Shown: in pieces, positions 27,737-36,516 of the stretch
How the letters are laid out: each line of letters begins with the position of its first letter
How positions within the stretch are numbered: the stretch's first letter is position 1
Assembly (NCBI GenBank): GCA_964490365.1
Contig: CAZBAG010000002.1
Coordinates: 6,411-70,410 of the forward strand
DNA from: an uncultured Candidatus Saccharibacteria bacterium
Lineage (GTDB): Bacteria > Patescibacteriota > Minisyncoccia > Phycocordibacterales > CSBR16-119
Direction of reading: 5' to 3'
Length of the DNA: 64,000 nt
Position numbers and translations under genes: made by a program
Notes under the pieces: model-generated
Database searches by the model: none
Told to the model about the DNA's origin: nothing
Seen by the model: the letters and a program-made list of their open reading frames with translations, nothing else

Positions 27737-29911
27737 TTATTTTCCACCTTCATCTTTCTTTTCCTCCTTTGGTTTTTCGTCTTTTTTCTCTTCTTTTGGT
27801 TTTTCGTCTTTCTCTTTAGATTCTGATTCTTGTTCTTCTTTTACAAATGCTAGCGCCGCCTCTGCTGCCTTTTCCTTTTTACTCTTTTCTTTTGAAAGTC
27901 CTCTTATCTTTTCAGCAGTCTGTTTTGCATTACCGGTTGCAAGATCGTACGGATTAAACACTCCTTTTATCCAACCATCTTCAACTTCTCGAGCATATTC
28001 AAATTGTCTTCGCTTAGTTTCATCCTTAACGATTGCATCCTTATTGTTAAGTTCTTTTTTCTTTTTAATATCATTGTCAATTTCAGAAATTTTTTCATCT
28101 TTTTCTTTTTTAGCCTTTTCAAGATCTGCCTTAAGTGTTACCTCTTCATCTCTCTCTCTCTGACTCATGGCACCGAAACCTGCTTTAGATTTTTTACCAA
28201 GTTCTTCTAGTCGTTTAGATATTGTTTCTGTGTTTGTCTTGAAACCACTCTCAACGGCGTTTCTATTTTCTTCTAAAGCATTTATTTCTTTAGTAATTTC
28301 TCCTTGGCGTTGTTTAACAAGCGTATCTTTCTCTCCGGAACGCACAGTTCCTAATTCTTTAGCGAGTTCAACACGACGTTTTTCAGCAGACTCTTCATAT
28401 TTCTTTCTGCTCTGATCACTACCCTTACCAGCGTTAAAATCTTTGCCACCAAAACCAGTCATGCCGTACCCAAGACCAGTTCCAACCACTCCTGAAATCT
28501 TACCTGCTAAACCTTTTGCCTTTGATGCATTTCTAATATCCAAACTGCTTTCATTTACTTTCTTAAGTGCACTTCTTTGAACCATAAGCTGCCATTTGTT
28601 TAGACCTTTTGCATCAGCAATTCTTTTTTCATAATTACCAGTCTCAAGGGCACCACCTGCAAACCGTCCCACAGTTGCTCTTCCCACAAAAGCGGTTGCA
28701 CCGAGTGCCGCGCCACCAACAAACCCAAGTGCTTTTCCAACAAAACTTTTAACCATGCCGCCAAATTCACCCGCCATACTATCTGCTGTTTTTTTAGCAA
28801 CTTGCAGGAGTGTGATAATAAATAGGAATGGGATAAACACTTTCATAAGAGCCACAAACATACTTGAGCCCTCTGCAGGAGCTAATGATTCACCTGTTCC
28901 TAGAATTGAGAGGAATGAAATAGTTAAGTAGAGAAAGAAAATAAACACAGGCGCAAGAAACGCAAGTTTGATCACATTGTCTTTCCATGAATCGAAGCTC
29001 AGTTGCTTGAAGAACCCACCACTACCTGGAACAGCAAGCGTAATAAACGCAATTGGAGAGAAGATCATGGCAAACCAAAGACCAATTACTCGACCAATAA
29101 AAGTGAGAGAGACAGATAAAAACGTCCACGCTAACACAAGGTTAACAACTGTCATTAAAATAAATATGAGGAAAATTGTACCTGTGTTTCCAGATATATC
29201 TGGGGTGACTGTTCCTTGAAACTGACCTGTCGTCTGATCAATGGAACCAATTTGCCCGCCCGCACCAGATTCAAAAAGTGCCGTGCTTAATAAATTCTGA
29301 GGATTAATCTTGTCGACAATACCATAGGTGATTGATTTGTAACCTTCAACATCTTCGTATGTTGTATCATTTTCAATAACAATACTGTTGTAGAATGCTC
29401 TGGCAAGAATATTACCAGCATCAATAACAACTTTAGTAAAAAAGAGACTGAAGTTAAGAAGCAAAGCAACGATAATAAGCGTTGGAATATATTTTTTAGA
29501 ACTTGATCCTAAAATATGTTTTATCGCAAGATAGAGAAGTGTAAAAATAAATGCAATATTTGAAATATCCCTAATCAAACCCCAGCCTTTCACAATAAAG
29601 TCTGATCGGTAGGCATTTGAATCAAGACTGTAACCAAGGAAGAAGTCGAGAAGCTGAGCAACGAGCCCAACTAAACCAAAGCTGGGTTGCAAAATAACGT
29701 TATAAAAAGCATAGAGGAGACAATTTGCACTAAATGGATTAGATAGTCCTGAACAATTTTGATCTACAGCATTTTCAATACCTGTATTAACAGAGAGAGC
29801 TGAAGGCGTAGTTGTTTGTGCGTGCACAAAAGAGACCGGAGAAACGAAGTATCCACTAAAAACAACGAATATTGAAGCCGTCAAAATTGCTATTTTTTTC
29901 ATTACACGCAC
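27737..29911 (-). CDS. VirB6/TrbL-like polytopic membrane protein with charged coiled-coil C-terminal tail (724 aa)
   Basis: Signal peptide plus at least 6 TM helices across the first ~400 aa. The C-terminal ~300 aa are Lys/Glu-rich and end in a KEKDEKPKEEKKDE tandem repeat. The size and topology are typical of VirB6-like channel subunits in minimal T4SS loci. Confidence 0.55.
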   Translation of the reverse strand: MRVMKKIAILTASIFVVFSGYFVSPVSFVHAQTTTPSALSVNTGIENAVDQNCSGLSNPFSANCLLYAFYNVILQPSFGLVGLVAQLLDFFLGYSLDSNAYRSDFIVKGWGLIRDISNIAFIFTLLYLAIKHILGSSSKKYIPTLIIVALLLNFSLFFTKVVIDAGNILARAFYNSIVIENDTTYEDVEGYKSITYGIVDKINPQNLLSTALFESGAGGQIGSIDQTTGQFQGTVTPDISGNTGTIFLIFILMTVVNLVLAWTFLSVSLTFIGRVIGLWFAMIFSPIAFITLAVPGSGGFFKQLSFDSWKDNVIKLAFLAPVFIFFLYLTISFLSILGTGESLAPAEGSSMFVALMKVFIPFLFIITLLQVAKKTADSMAGEFGGMVKSFVGKALGFVGGAALGATAFVGRATVGRFAGGALETGNYEKRIADAKGLNKWQLMVQRSALKKVNESSLDIRNASKAKGLAGKISGVVGTGLGYGMTGFGGKDFNAGKGSDQSRKKYEESAEKRRVELAKELGTVRSGEKDTLVKQRQGEITKEINALEENRNAVESGFKTNTETISKRLEELGKKSKAGFGAMSQRERDEEVTLKADLEKAKKEKDEKISEIDNDIKKKKELNNKDAIVKDETKRRQFEYAREVEDGWIKGVFNPYDLATGNAKQTAEKIRGLSKEKSKKEKAAEAALAFVKEEQESESKEKDEKPKEEKKDEKPKEEKKDEGGK

Positions 29912-29969
29912 ATAAAATGCACTATGAAGAAATTATATCATTCTTCTTGAAAACGATATGTGCAAATCC

Positions 29970-32309
29970 CTAGAAAAGAGACTGGAGAGCGTCGGCAAAA
30001 GTTTGTGTACTTGTTGTCGGCACCGTAATGTTTTGACCGTTAAAGTCTGAAAGATCAATTTGTCCAGCGTCATCGCCAAAACTCATGTTATTGAGGTAGT
30101 AGTTTGGATTCGGTCCTGGTGTTGGGATTTGTCCAAATGATGGGTTTTGAGAAATTGATGGGAATGGATAGGTGGTTCGTTCGTTGAGTCCAGGATAGCC
30201 ACTTGCTGTAACCTCTTGAATACATTGACCAATATAGTTGTTTACCGCAAAAATCTGAGATTCATAATTTAAAATATCCTGAGCCAACTGACTTAATTGT
30301 GATTGGTTCACCAAAACACCTTGATTAGCAACTTGAGCCAAAAGCGATGAGATAGTCTGCATTTCTGGACTACTTGTATTAGCCTGCTGAGCCGGTGTAA
30401 GAGCGTTTAACTGACTTTGAATAAGCTGAAGTTGTGGCATAACAGACATGAGGCCAGTAATTTGACCCTGAAGCGTCGTAATGCGGTTAGTGAGAGTATC
30501 TAACTGTAGATAGAGATTTGTGGCAATTGGACGAACGGTTGGGGGAGTGCCGACAAGCGGATATGCTGCGAACATTGCATCTCGATACTTTCCAAACGTG
30601 AAGTTCATAAACGACATAAACTGTTCGTAGTTAGGAACAACAGCATCTGCAATGTTGATACCCGTAATAGACTGCACTTGGTCACCATAGTACGCGTTTG
30701 TTTGACCTGGTAAAACACTGCTCAAAGCATTTTGTAAATATACCTGGCCGTCTTCATACCATGCTGGATTTGGTCCCGGTATACAGTAATCAAGTGTTTG
30801 AATATCTCTAATAAGGGTTGTAATAGAAGTAATAGCTTCAGAAGCTTCAAGTAGGTAATTTTGTTGCACCATAACCAAACCTGGGTCAGTTGGACTTCCG
30901 TTCACTGCCGTAGTAACTGGTGTTTGTTGAGAGCCTGCACCAAAACCAGGATTATTATTTTGTGCCCATACAGGGTTATAGTTTGGATCATTAGGATTTG
31001 AACTGTACTGACTACCTGTTTGATAGAGCGATCGCAGACCTCCTGCCACACTCTTAAAGAGCTGTGCTGCCAATGCATCAAAAATAAGTCCGAGATTTTC
31101 GTTTAACTCATCGCCAAGTTCAAGATTACGAAGCGGAGAGCCCAATACCTGTGTGGTTTGTTCTGCAAGAAGTCGTCCTGGTGTTACGGTGGTCCATTGA
31201 ACACAAGTACTTCGTTTAACAATATTATTATACTCAAGCGCTTGAGCATCTGTACCATTTTGAGCATCAAGATAATCTCTTACCGCTTGAGGTAATCCTT
31301 CGTACACTGTCTGGGTCATGGTTTGGCCAGCTGGAATAAGTGGGTAATTCCCCAGGTGAAGTGGATTTGTTGGATCAATATAATCATCACCTGAGGTGTA
31401 GAAGCTATCGCTCAGTGCAGTTCGTGCACATTCTCGTTGGTTTAAAAAACCGGCACCTTCGTTAAGCTCTGCTTGGAAATTTTTCGCAATCGTAATGTTA
31501 GTGCCTGCGGTTTGACGCGCTAAATAACTATTTGCCATCAAATAGTTACCGAATACGTTGTTGTTTGGTTGTGCAAATGCAGTGTATCCCGCCCATCCAC
31601 CAACACTAAATCTCGCTTGGAAGTTTGAATAGCTCGCATATTGATTATTATGTTGTAATACTTGATTCAAAGAAAAACGGAGATTGTCTTGCAATCTGTT
31701 TTGAACAGTAAGGAGAATTGTTTCTGAAATAATTTGTCCAAAAGGATAATCTTCTGGGTTTGCAGAAAACCAGCTTGTAAAGCTGAGCACTTCATCTTTT
31801 GCAATTTGTTCAAAGAAGTTTGGTCTATCTTCTGGATAAAATGGATTTCCTTGGAAACCACTATTAATCCATTCAACAGTCATAAGGGTAATTTTGTCGA
31901 TAACTTTGAGCACTGCGTAACGAGCGATGGCGTCTAGACATTGTTCTTTTTTGTTATTATCCTTTACCTCATCTCGAGTTGCGCTTGTATTAGCTCGAGT
32001 ACCGCGATCTTTTGTCGGAACAGCAGTGGCATCACTTGCTGCAATAGCAGCAGCTTCCGCAGCACCTGCTGGATCAGTAACATCGCCACCAAAACCAAGT
32101 GCATTTCCAATAGCATTAAGACCGTCAGAAATAAGCCCTGGTAAATCAATACAGCTTGCAGCCACAGCGCCAACACCTTGAATATTAAAACCTCCACTTG
32201 CATTTCCGGCACCAGCAACTTGAGCAGAGGCAGTTTGTGGAAGTAGTGGAAATGAAACAAGAAAGAGGATAAAAAACGAAAGTATAACGTTTTTAAAAAA
32301 GTAGTTCAT
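29970..32309 (-). CDS. Large secreted hypothetical protein (779 aa)
   Basis: Signal peptide (ILSFFILFLVSFPLLPQTASAQ). Gln/Asn-rich with no catalytic motifs. Confidence 0.5.
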   Translation of the reverse strand: MNYFFKNVILSFFILFLVSFPLLPQTASAQVAGAGNASGGFNIQGVGAVAASCIDLPGLISDGLNAIGNALGFGGDVTDPAGAAEAAAIAASDATAVPTKDRGTRANTSATRDEVKDNNKKEQCLDAIARYAVLKVIDKITLMTVEWINSGFQGNPFYPEDRPNFFEQIAKDEVLSFTSWFSANPEDYPFGQIISETILLTVQNRLQDNLRFSLNQVLQHNNQYASYSNFQARFSVGGWAGYTAFAQPNNNVFGNYLMANSYLARQTAGTNITIAKNFQAELNEGAGFLNQRECARTALSDSFYTSGDDYIDPTNPLHLGNYPLIPAGQTMTQTVYEGLPQAVRDYLDAQNGTDAQALEYNNIVKRSTCVQWTTVTPGRLLAEQTTQVLGSPLRNLELGDELNENLGLIFDALAAQLFKSVAGGLRSLYQTGSQYSSNPNDPNYNPVWAQNNNPGFGAGSQQTPVTTAVNGSPTDPGLVMVQQNYLLEASEAITSITTLIRDIQTLDYCIPGPNPAWYEDGQVYLQNALSSVLPGQTNAYYGDQVQSITGINIADAVVPNYEQFMSFMNFTFGKYRDAMFAAYPLVGTPPTVRPIATNLYLQLDTLTNRITTLQGQITGLMSVMPQLQLIQSQLNALTPAQQANTSSPEMQTISSLLAQVANQGVLVNQSQLSQLAQDILNYESQIFAVNNYIGQCIQEVTASGYPGLNERTTYPFPSISQNPSFGQIPTPGPNPNYYLNNMSFGDDAGQIDLSDFNGQNITVPTTSTQTFADALQSLF

Positions 32310-32317
32310 AATCGCGC

Positions 32318-33211
32318 TTACTGTAGTATACCATTTTGAGAAAAATAAGAAGCCAATGTCCCCAAGGCACTATCAATATTATTTGAATATTCGTTGTATT
32401 TACTCAAGTACGTAGTTACTTTGAGCGGATCGTTGTTAATGTTTCTTGACTCAACAAGAATTTTAGAAAGTTTATCGATATTATTAAGCAAAAATAGATG
32501 TCCACCCGATGCACCATATGGTACATCCATACGAACAAGTCCGTCAATCAACTTGCTATATGAAAGATGAATATTTGATATTTTTTCAATAGTTGCTGTA
32601 TCCTCTGGATTTTGAATAACCAGAGCAAGTGTTTCAAGTTCTGGAATACCCTTATGTGGCAGTGAATTATAGAGGGTTTTAAAAGAGGTATAGTATAAAT
32701 CAGCTGAAATAGGAGATAATTTTAAATCTGAGAGTGCATACGTGTCTTTAAGATTGAAGTTCACGATTGACTGATCAACTCCTGACGAAAACTGACCAAT
32801 TGTTTCCTGGTTAAATGCACCACCTTGATTTAAAACTGCGGCCGTTGTAAAAAACTGTTTTGCAAACACTTCTGTTTCGTTTGATGAATCTGGTTTGTAT
32901 GTTTCATCAAAATCACTTTCTTTTCTTTTATTTTCGACAAATTTTTTATCGTCTACTCCGTCACCATCAGTATCTTTGAGTGCTGGGTTGGTGCTCCAAA
33001 GCGCCTCTTCCCAATCATAGAGACCATCGCTGTCGGTATCTTTTGAAAAAAAATCAGTGCTTGCAGATGCAGAAGCAACTTCATCTGAAGAATCATTGTT
33101 CCATGTTGTTTTGTTATTTAAGAGTTTGCCCCCAAAGAAAATAACAAGTCCGACTACTGCAGTTACAAGGATTATCCTTACAAATTGTTTACTTGGTAAA
33201 TAGTTTTGCAT
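32318..33211 (-). CDS. Membrane-anchored protein with thrombospondin-type-3-like calcium-binding repeats
   Basis: N-terminal TM (IILVTAVVGLVIFFGG). Repeated DxDxDG motifs (DTDSDGLYDWEE, DTDGDGVDD). Confidence 0.5.
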   Translation of the reverse strand: MQNYLPSKQFVRIILVTAVVGLVIFFGGKLLNNKTTWNNDSSDEVASASASTDFFSKDTDSDGLYDWEEALWSTNPALKDTDGDGVDDKKFVENKRKESDFDETYKPDSSNETEVFAKQFFTTAAVLNQGGAFNQETIGQFSSGVDQSIVNFNLKDTYALSDLKLSPISADLYYTSFKTLYNSLPHKGIPELETLALVIQNPEDTATIEKISNIHLSYSKLIDGLVRMDVPYGASGGHLFLLNNIDKLSKILVESRNINNDPLKVTTYLSKYNEYSNNIDSALGTLASYFSQNGILQ

Positions 33212-33214
33212 ATT

Positions 33215-33607
33215 TTATTGAGCAACCTTTACAGATGTTCCGTGTAAAAAGGTCCGGAAACCAGATACTGGAGCCGGCGGAGCTGATTGTGTGGCACATT
33301 CTGGTATTGGTATAGGGTTATAAAGACCTAATATCCAGGCCCCTGGTACTAGTTGATAGTTGAGTGATATTGGATGATAGTCGCCCACAAAAGGTCCAAC
33401 TACCGATGGGGTGTTCGGTGCTAGCATAAATGGACTTCCAGGCTGTCGACCAGCGGGGCAACTTATTCCTGGGGTTGGAGCTGTAATAATTTTTCCACCA
33501 AACGGTTGAAGTATCGAGATTTGTGCAAAAGCCGTGTTTACGAATAACACAAACATAAGAATGGAGCTTAGAAATATGACTTTCTTCATAGGATTATTAT
33601 ATACCAA
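33215..33607 (-). CDS. Small secreted hypothetical protein (130 aa)
   Basis: Signal peptide (VIFLSSILMFVLFVNTAFAQ) and a Pro/Gly-rich mature region. Confidence 0.45.
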   Translation of the reverse strand: MVYNNPMKKVIFLSSILMFVLFVNTAFAQISILQPFGGKIITAPTPGISCPAGRQPGSPFMLAPNTPSVVGPFVGDYHPISLNYQLVPGAWILGLYNPIPIPECATQSAPPAPVSGFRTFLHGTSVKVAQ

Positions 33608-33631
33608 AGGAGGAACTTCTCGTGTGGATAG

Positions 33632-34405
33632 TTATAGAGATTTGACCAGAGAAATCCAATCAGAAATTTTAAGGTTTTCAGCTCTTACAGTAGCTGGAAA
33701 ACCTAGTGAATTTACTAACACCTCGAGTTTTTCTTTATCAAAGCCTGCTCCGCCTAGATTTTTTAGTAATGTTTTCCTTTTTTGAGCAAAACCAGCCTTT
33801 ACAAGCTTGAAAAATAGCTCTTTTTCTTTGTTTTTGAGCTTATGTTCTATATGATCAATTAGTAAAATTGCCGAATCAACCTTTGGTTCTGGAGAAAAGT
33901 ATCGTGCAGGGATTTTATCAACAAATTTTGGCTCTCCGAATACTCGAACACTCATTGAAAGAATGCTCTCTTTTCCATCACGAGCAACTACACGCTCGGC
34001 AACCTCTTTTTGAACAATAAGCCCCATACAAGCCGGCTGATTATGAGATTCAAGAAATTTTTCAAGAATAGCACCAGTAATATAGAACGGAATATTAGCC
34101 ACCAGCTTATAGCTTTTTGGTAATTTTGAAATATCAAAGGTAAGAATATCATCCTGAAGCAACACAAGCTTTTTACTTGCAATTGCATCTTGAAACATCT
34201 CGGTAAGTACCGGTATAAGATCTGTATCTTTTTCTATAGCAATCACTTTTCCGGCAGATTCAAGAAGTTTTACCGTTAAAGCACCTTTTCCCGGGCCAAT
34301 TTCAACCACCGTGTCAGCTTCTGTAATACCGGTTGCAAGAATAATGTCTCGGAGAGCTTTTCCAGATTTTAAGAAGTTTTGACCTAAATGCTTTTTCGCT
34401 TTCAT
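33632..34405 (-). CDS. rsmA: 16S rRNA (adenine1518/1519-N6)-dimethyltransferase RsmA/KsgA (ATG start at 34405; the track ORF extends to 34426 via an alternative start)
   Basis: MKAKKHLGQNFL start, SAM motif VVEIGPGKGALT and overall KsgA architecture. Confidence 0.85.
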   Translation of the reverse strand: MKAKKHLGQNFLKSGKALRDIILATGITEADTVVEIGPGKGALTVKLLESAGKVIAIEKDTDLIPVLTEMFQDAIASKKLVLLQDDILTFDISKLPKSYKLVANIPFYITGAILEKFLESHNQPACMGLIVQKEVAERVVARDGKESILSMSVRVFGEPKFVDKIPARYFSPEPKVDSAILLIDHIEHKLKNKEKELFFKLVKAGFAQKRKTLLKNLGGAGFDKEKLEVLVNSLGFPATVRAENLKISDWISLVKSL

Positions 34406-34533
34406 CCCGTTAGAGACCGCAGTCAAATAGTGATAAACTTACTATACGTAACAAATACATAAAGATAGTATATCGTTAATCTACGATAATGTCTCGGGCG
34501 ACTGAGACCTGTCTCTAACGGGATTCATGTATA

Positions 34534-36486
34534 TTAAATATACACAATATTATTTCCAAAACCACTATTGTCTCGTTCTTCCCTATAGATCAAATCTTCT
34601 GGAAGATCATCAAGAAATTCTGATCGGTAGCGAAGTTCGGTATTTCCAAATACCATCCGAATAGTTGCATAACTTAAAAACAATTTCTTTTTTGATCGGG
34701 TTACTGCAACATAGAAGAGTCTCCGCTCTTCTTCTTCGTTATAGTCTTTATTCATCGACTTTTTGCCGTGAGGAAATAGATCATCTTCGAGCCCTACGAT
34801 AAACACATAATCGAATTCAAGACCCTTTGAAGCATGCACAGTCATAAGTTTTACTCCACGTTTTGGTTTCTTTTGCACTGTTTCACTCAATGTGTCCTGG
34901 TCTGATGCAAGCGCAGCTTCTTCAAGCAACAATTCTATCCCTTCAGTTCCAGGAAGTTCATCATATTTTGTAGCAAAGGTAACAAGTTCTTTCACGTTTT
35001 CTAATCGCTCAAGATCTTCTTCAAGTCCTGACGCCTGTAACTCTTTTTCTATACCGGACTGCTTAATCGTATAGGAAATGAGCTCTGAGGGTTTGTGATC
35101 GAGAGAAAAGTTTTTAATCGCTTCAAGCAACTCATAAAAAGATTTTATCTTGAGGCGTGTTTTAAGTGGTAGTTCTTCCTCTTTTCCAGAAAAATATTTA
35201 TCGAGCGTAGTTTTACCAAGACCACGTTTCGGTTCATTAATAATTCTTCGTATATCCGAGAGCGATTCAGGATTTAAGCTTGCACGAATATATGACAAAA
35301 CATCTTTAATTTCTTTTCGATCAAAAAATCGCACACCAAGAACTTGATACGGAAGCGAATATTTCAACATATATTCTTCAAATATTCGTGACTGAAAATT
35401 TGCTCTATAGAGAACCGCAATCGTGTCTGGATTAACCCCTTTATCAAGAAGTGAGGTTACTGTGTCAGCGACAAATTCAGCTTCGTATTTATCATTATAT
35501 GCTTCAAAGAGTGAGATTTGCTCACCTGCTTCGTTTTCCGTAAACAAATGTTTGTGTTTTCTCTGCTTATTTTTTTGAATAATATGATTTGCAACCTCAA
35601 TAATATTTTTTGTTGAACGATAGTTTTGCTCAAGCAGTACGACATCTGCACCAGGATAGTCTTCTTCGAAGTTTAAAATATTGGTGATGTCAGCCCCACG
35701 CCAACTGTAGATATTTTGATCTGAGTCACCAACAACACAAATATTTTTATACTTCTTCGCAAGAAGCTTTGTCAGCAAATATTGAACTGTATTGGTATCT
35801 TGATATTCATCAACATGAATATACTTCCACCTCTCATGGTAAAGCTCTAAAATATCTTTGTGATCTTGAAACAAAAGTACTGTTTTCAAAAGAAGATCAT
35901 CAAAATCAAGCCCTTTTTCTTTAACTTTCTTTTCTTCATATTTTTGCCATACACGAGCAATCACTTGGGCTTGGTATGAATTTGCATTTTTACCAAACTC
36001 ATCAAGACTTGTGAAATTATTTTTTTGATTCGAGATAACACTCTTAAACATTCTCACCGGACTTTGCTTTGGATCAATGTTCAAGTCTTTTAAAACTTCT
36101 CGTATCAAAGAGTTAGTGTCAGCATCATCAAGTATCACAAAATGGCGATGAAGACCTATTTTTTCAGCATGTTCCCGTAAAATTTTTACCGCAAGAGAGT
36201 GAAATGTAGCAATCATCGGACGAAACGTTATATCTTTTGGAAGCATGTGAAAAACACGCTCAGACATTTCTTTCGCAGCTTTGTTTGTAAAAGTAACCGC
36301 TAAAATATGTTGCGGTGAAACACCTTTATGTATGAGATGAATGATTCGATGCGTGACTGTTTTTGTTTTTCCAGCACCAGCACCAGCGATAATGAGAAGT
36401 GGTCCTTCTATATGAAGTACAGCCTGTCGTTGTCGTTCATTAAGTGAAGATAGATAGTCCATGAGGGATACTATACCATAAAACAA
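34534..36486 (-). CDS. uvrD: ATP-dependent DNA helicase UvrD/PcrA family
   Basis: Walker A AGAGAGKTKTVTHR and helicase motifs across 650 aa (DEYQDTN, VGDSDQNIYSWRGA, VHASKGLEFDYVFIVG). Confidence 0.88.
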   Translation of the reverse strand: MFYGIVSLMDYLSSLNERQRQAVLHIEGPLLIIAGAGAGKTKTVTHRIIHLIHKGVSPQHILAVTFTNKAAKEMSERVFHMLPKDITFRPMIATFHSLAVKILREHAEKIGLHRHFVILDDADTNSLIREVLKDLNIDPKQSPVRMFKSVISNQKNNFTSLDEFGKNANSYQAQVIARVWQKYEEKKVKEKGLDFDDLLLKTVLLFQDHKDILELYHERWKYIHVDEYQDTNTVQYLLTKLLAKKYKNICVVGDSDQNIYSWRGADITNILNFEEDYPGADVVLLEQNYRSTKNIIEVANHIIQKNKQRKHKHLFTENEAGEQISLFEAYNDKYEAEFVADTVTSLLDKGVNPDTIAVLYRANFQSRIFEEYMLKYSLPYQVLGVRFFDRKEIKDVLSYIRASLNPESLSDIRRIINEPKRGLGKTTLDKYFSGKEEELPLKTRLKIKSFYELLEAIKNFSLDHKPSELISYTIKQSGIEKELQASGLEEDLERLENVKELVTFATKYDELPGTEGIELLLEEAALASDQDTLSETVQKKPKRGVKLMTVHASKGLEFDYVFIVGLEDDLFPHGKKSMNKDYNEEEERRLFYVAVTRSKKKLFLSYATIRMVFGNTELRYRSEFLDDLPEDLIYREERDNSGFGNNIVYI

Positions 36487-36510
36487 AAAGCTCTCGGTCG
36501 AGAGCTTTTT
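36483..36510 (-). terminator. Terminator of the giant-protein gene (agctctc-ggtc-gagagct, T tract in minus sense)
   Basis: Hairpin flanked by an A tract and a T tract, lying between the giant-protein stop (36517) and the uvrD start (36486). Confidence 0.5.
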
Positions 36511-36516
36511 GTAGAG

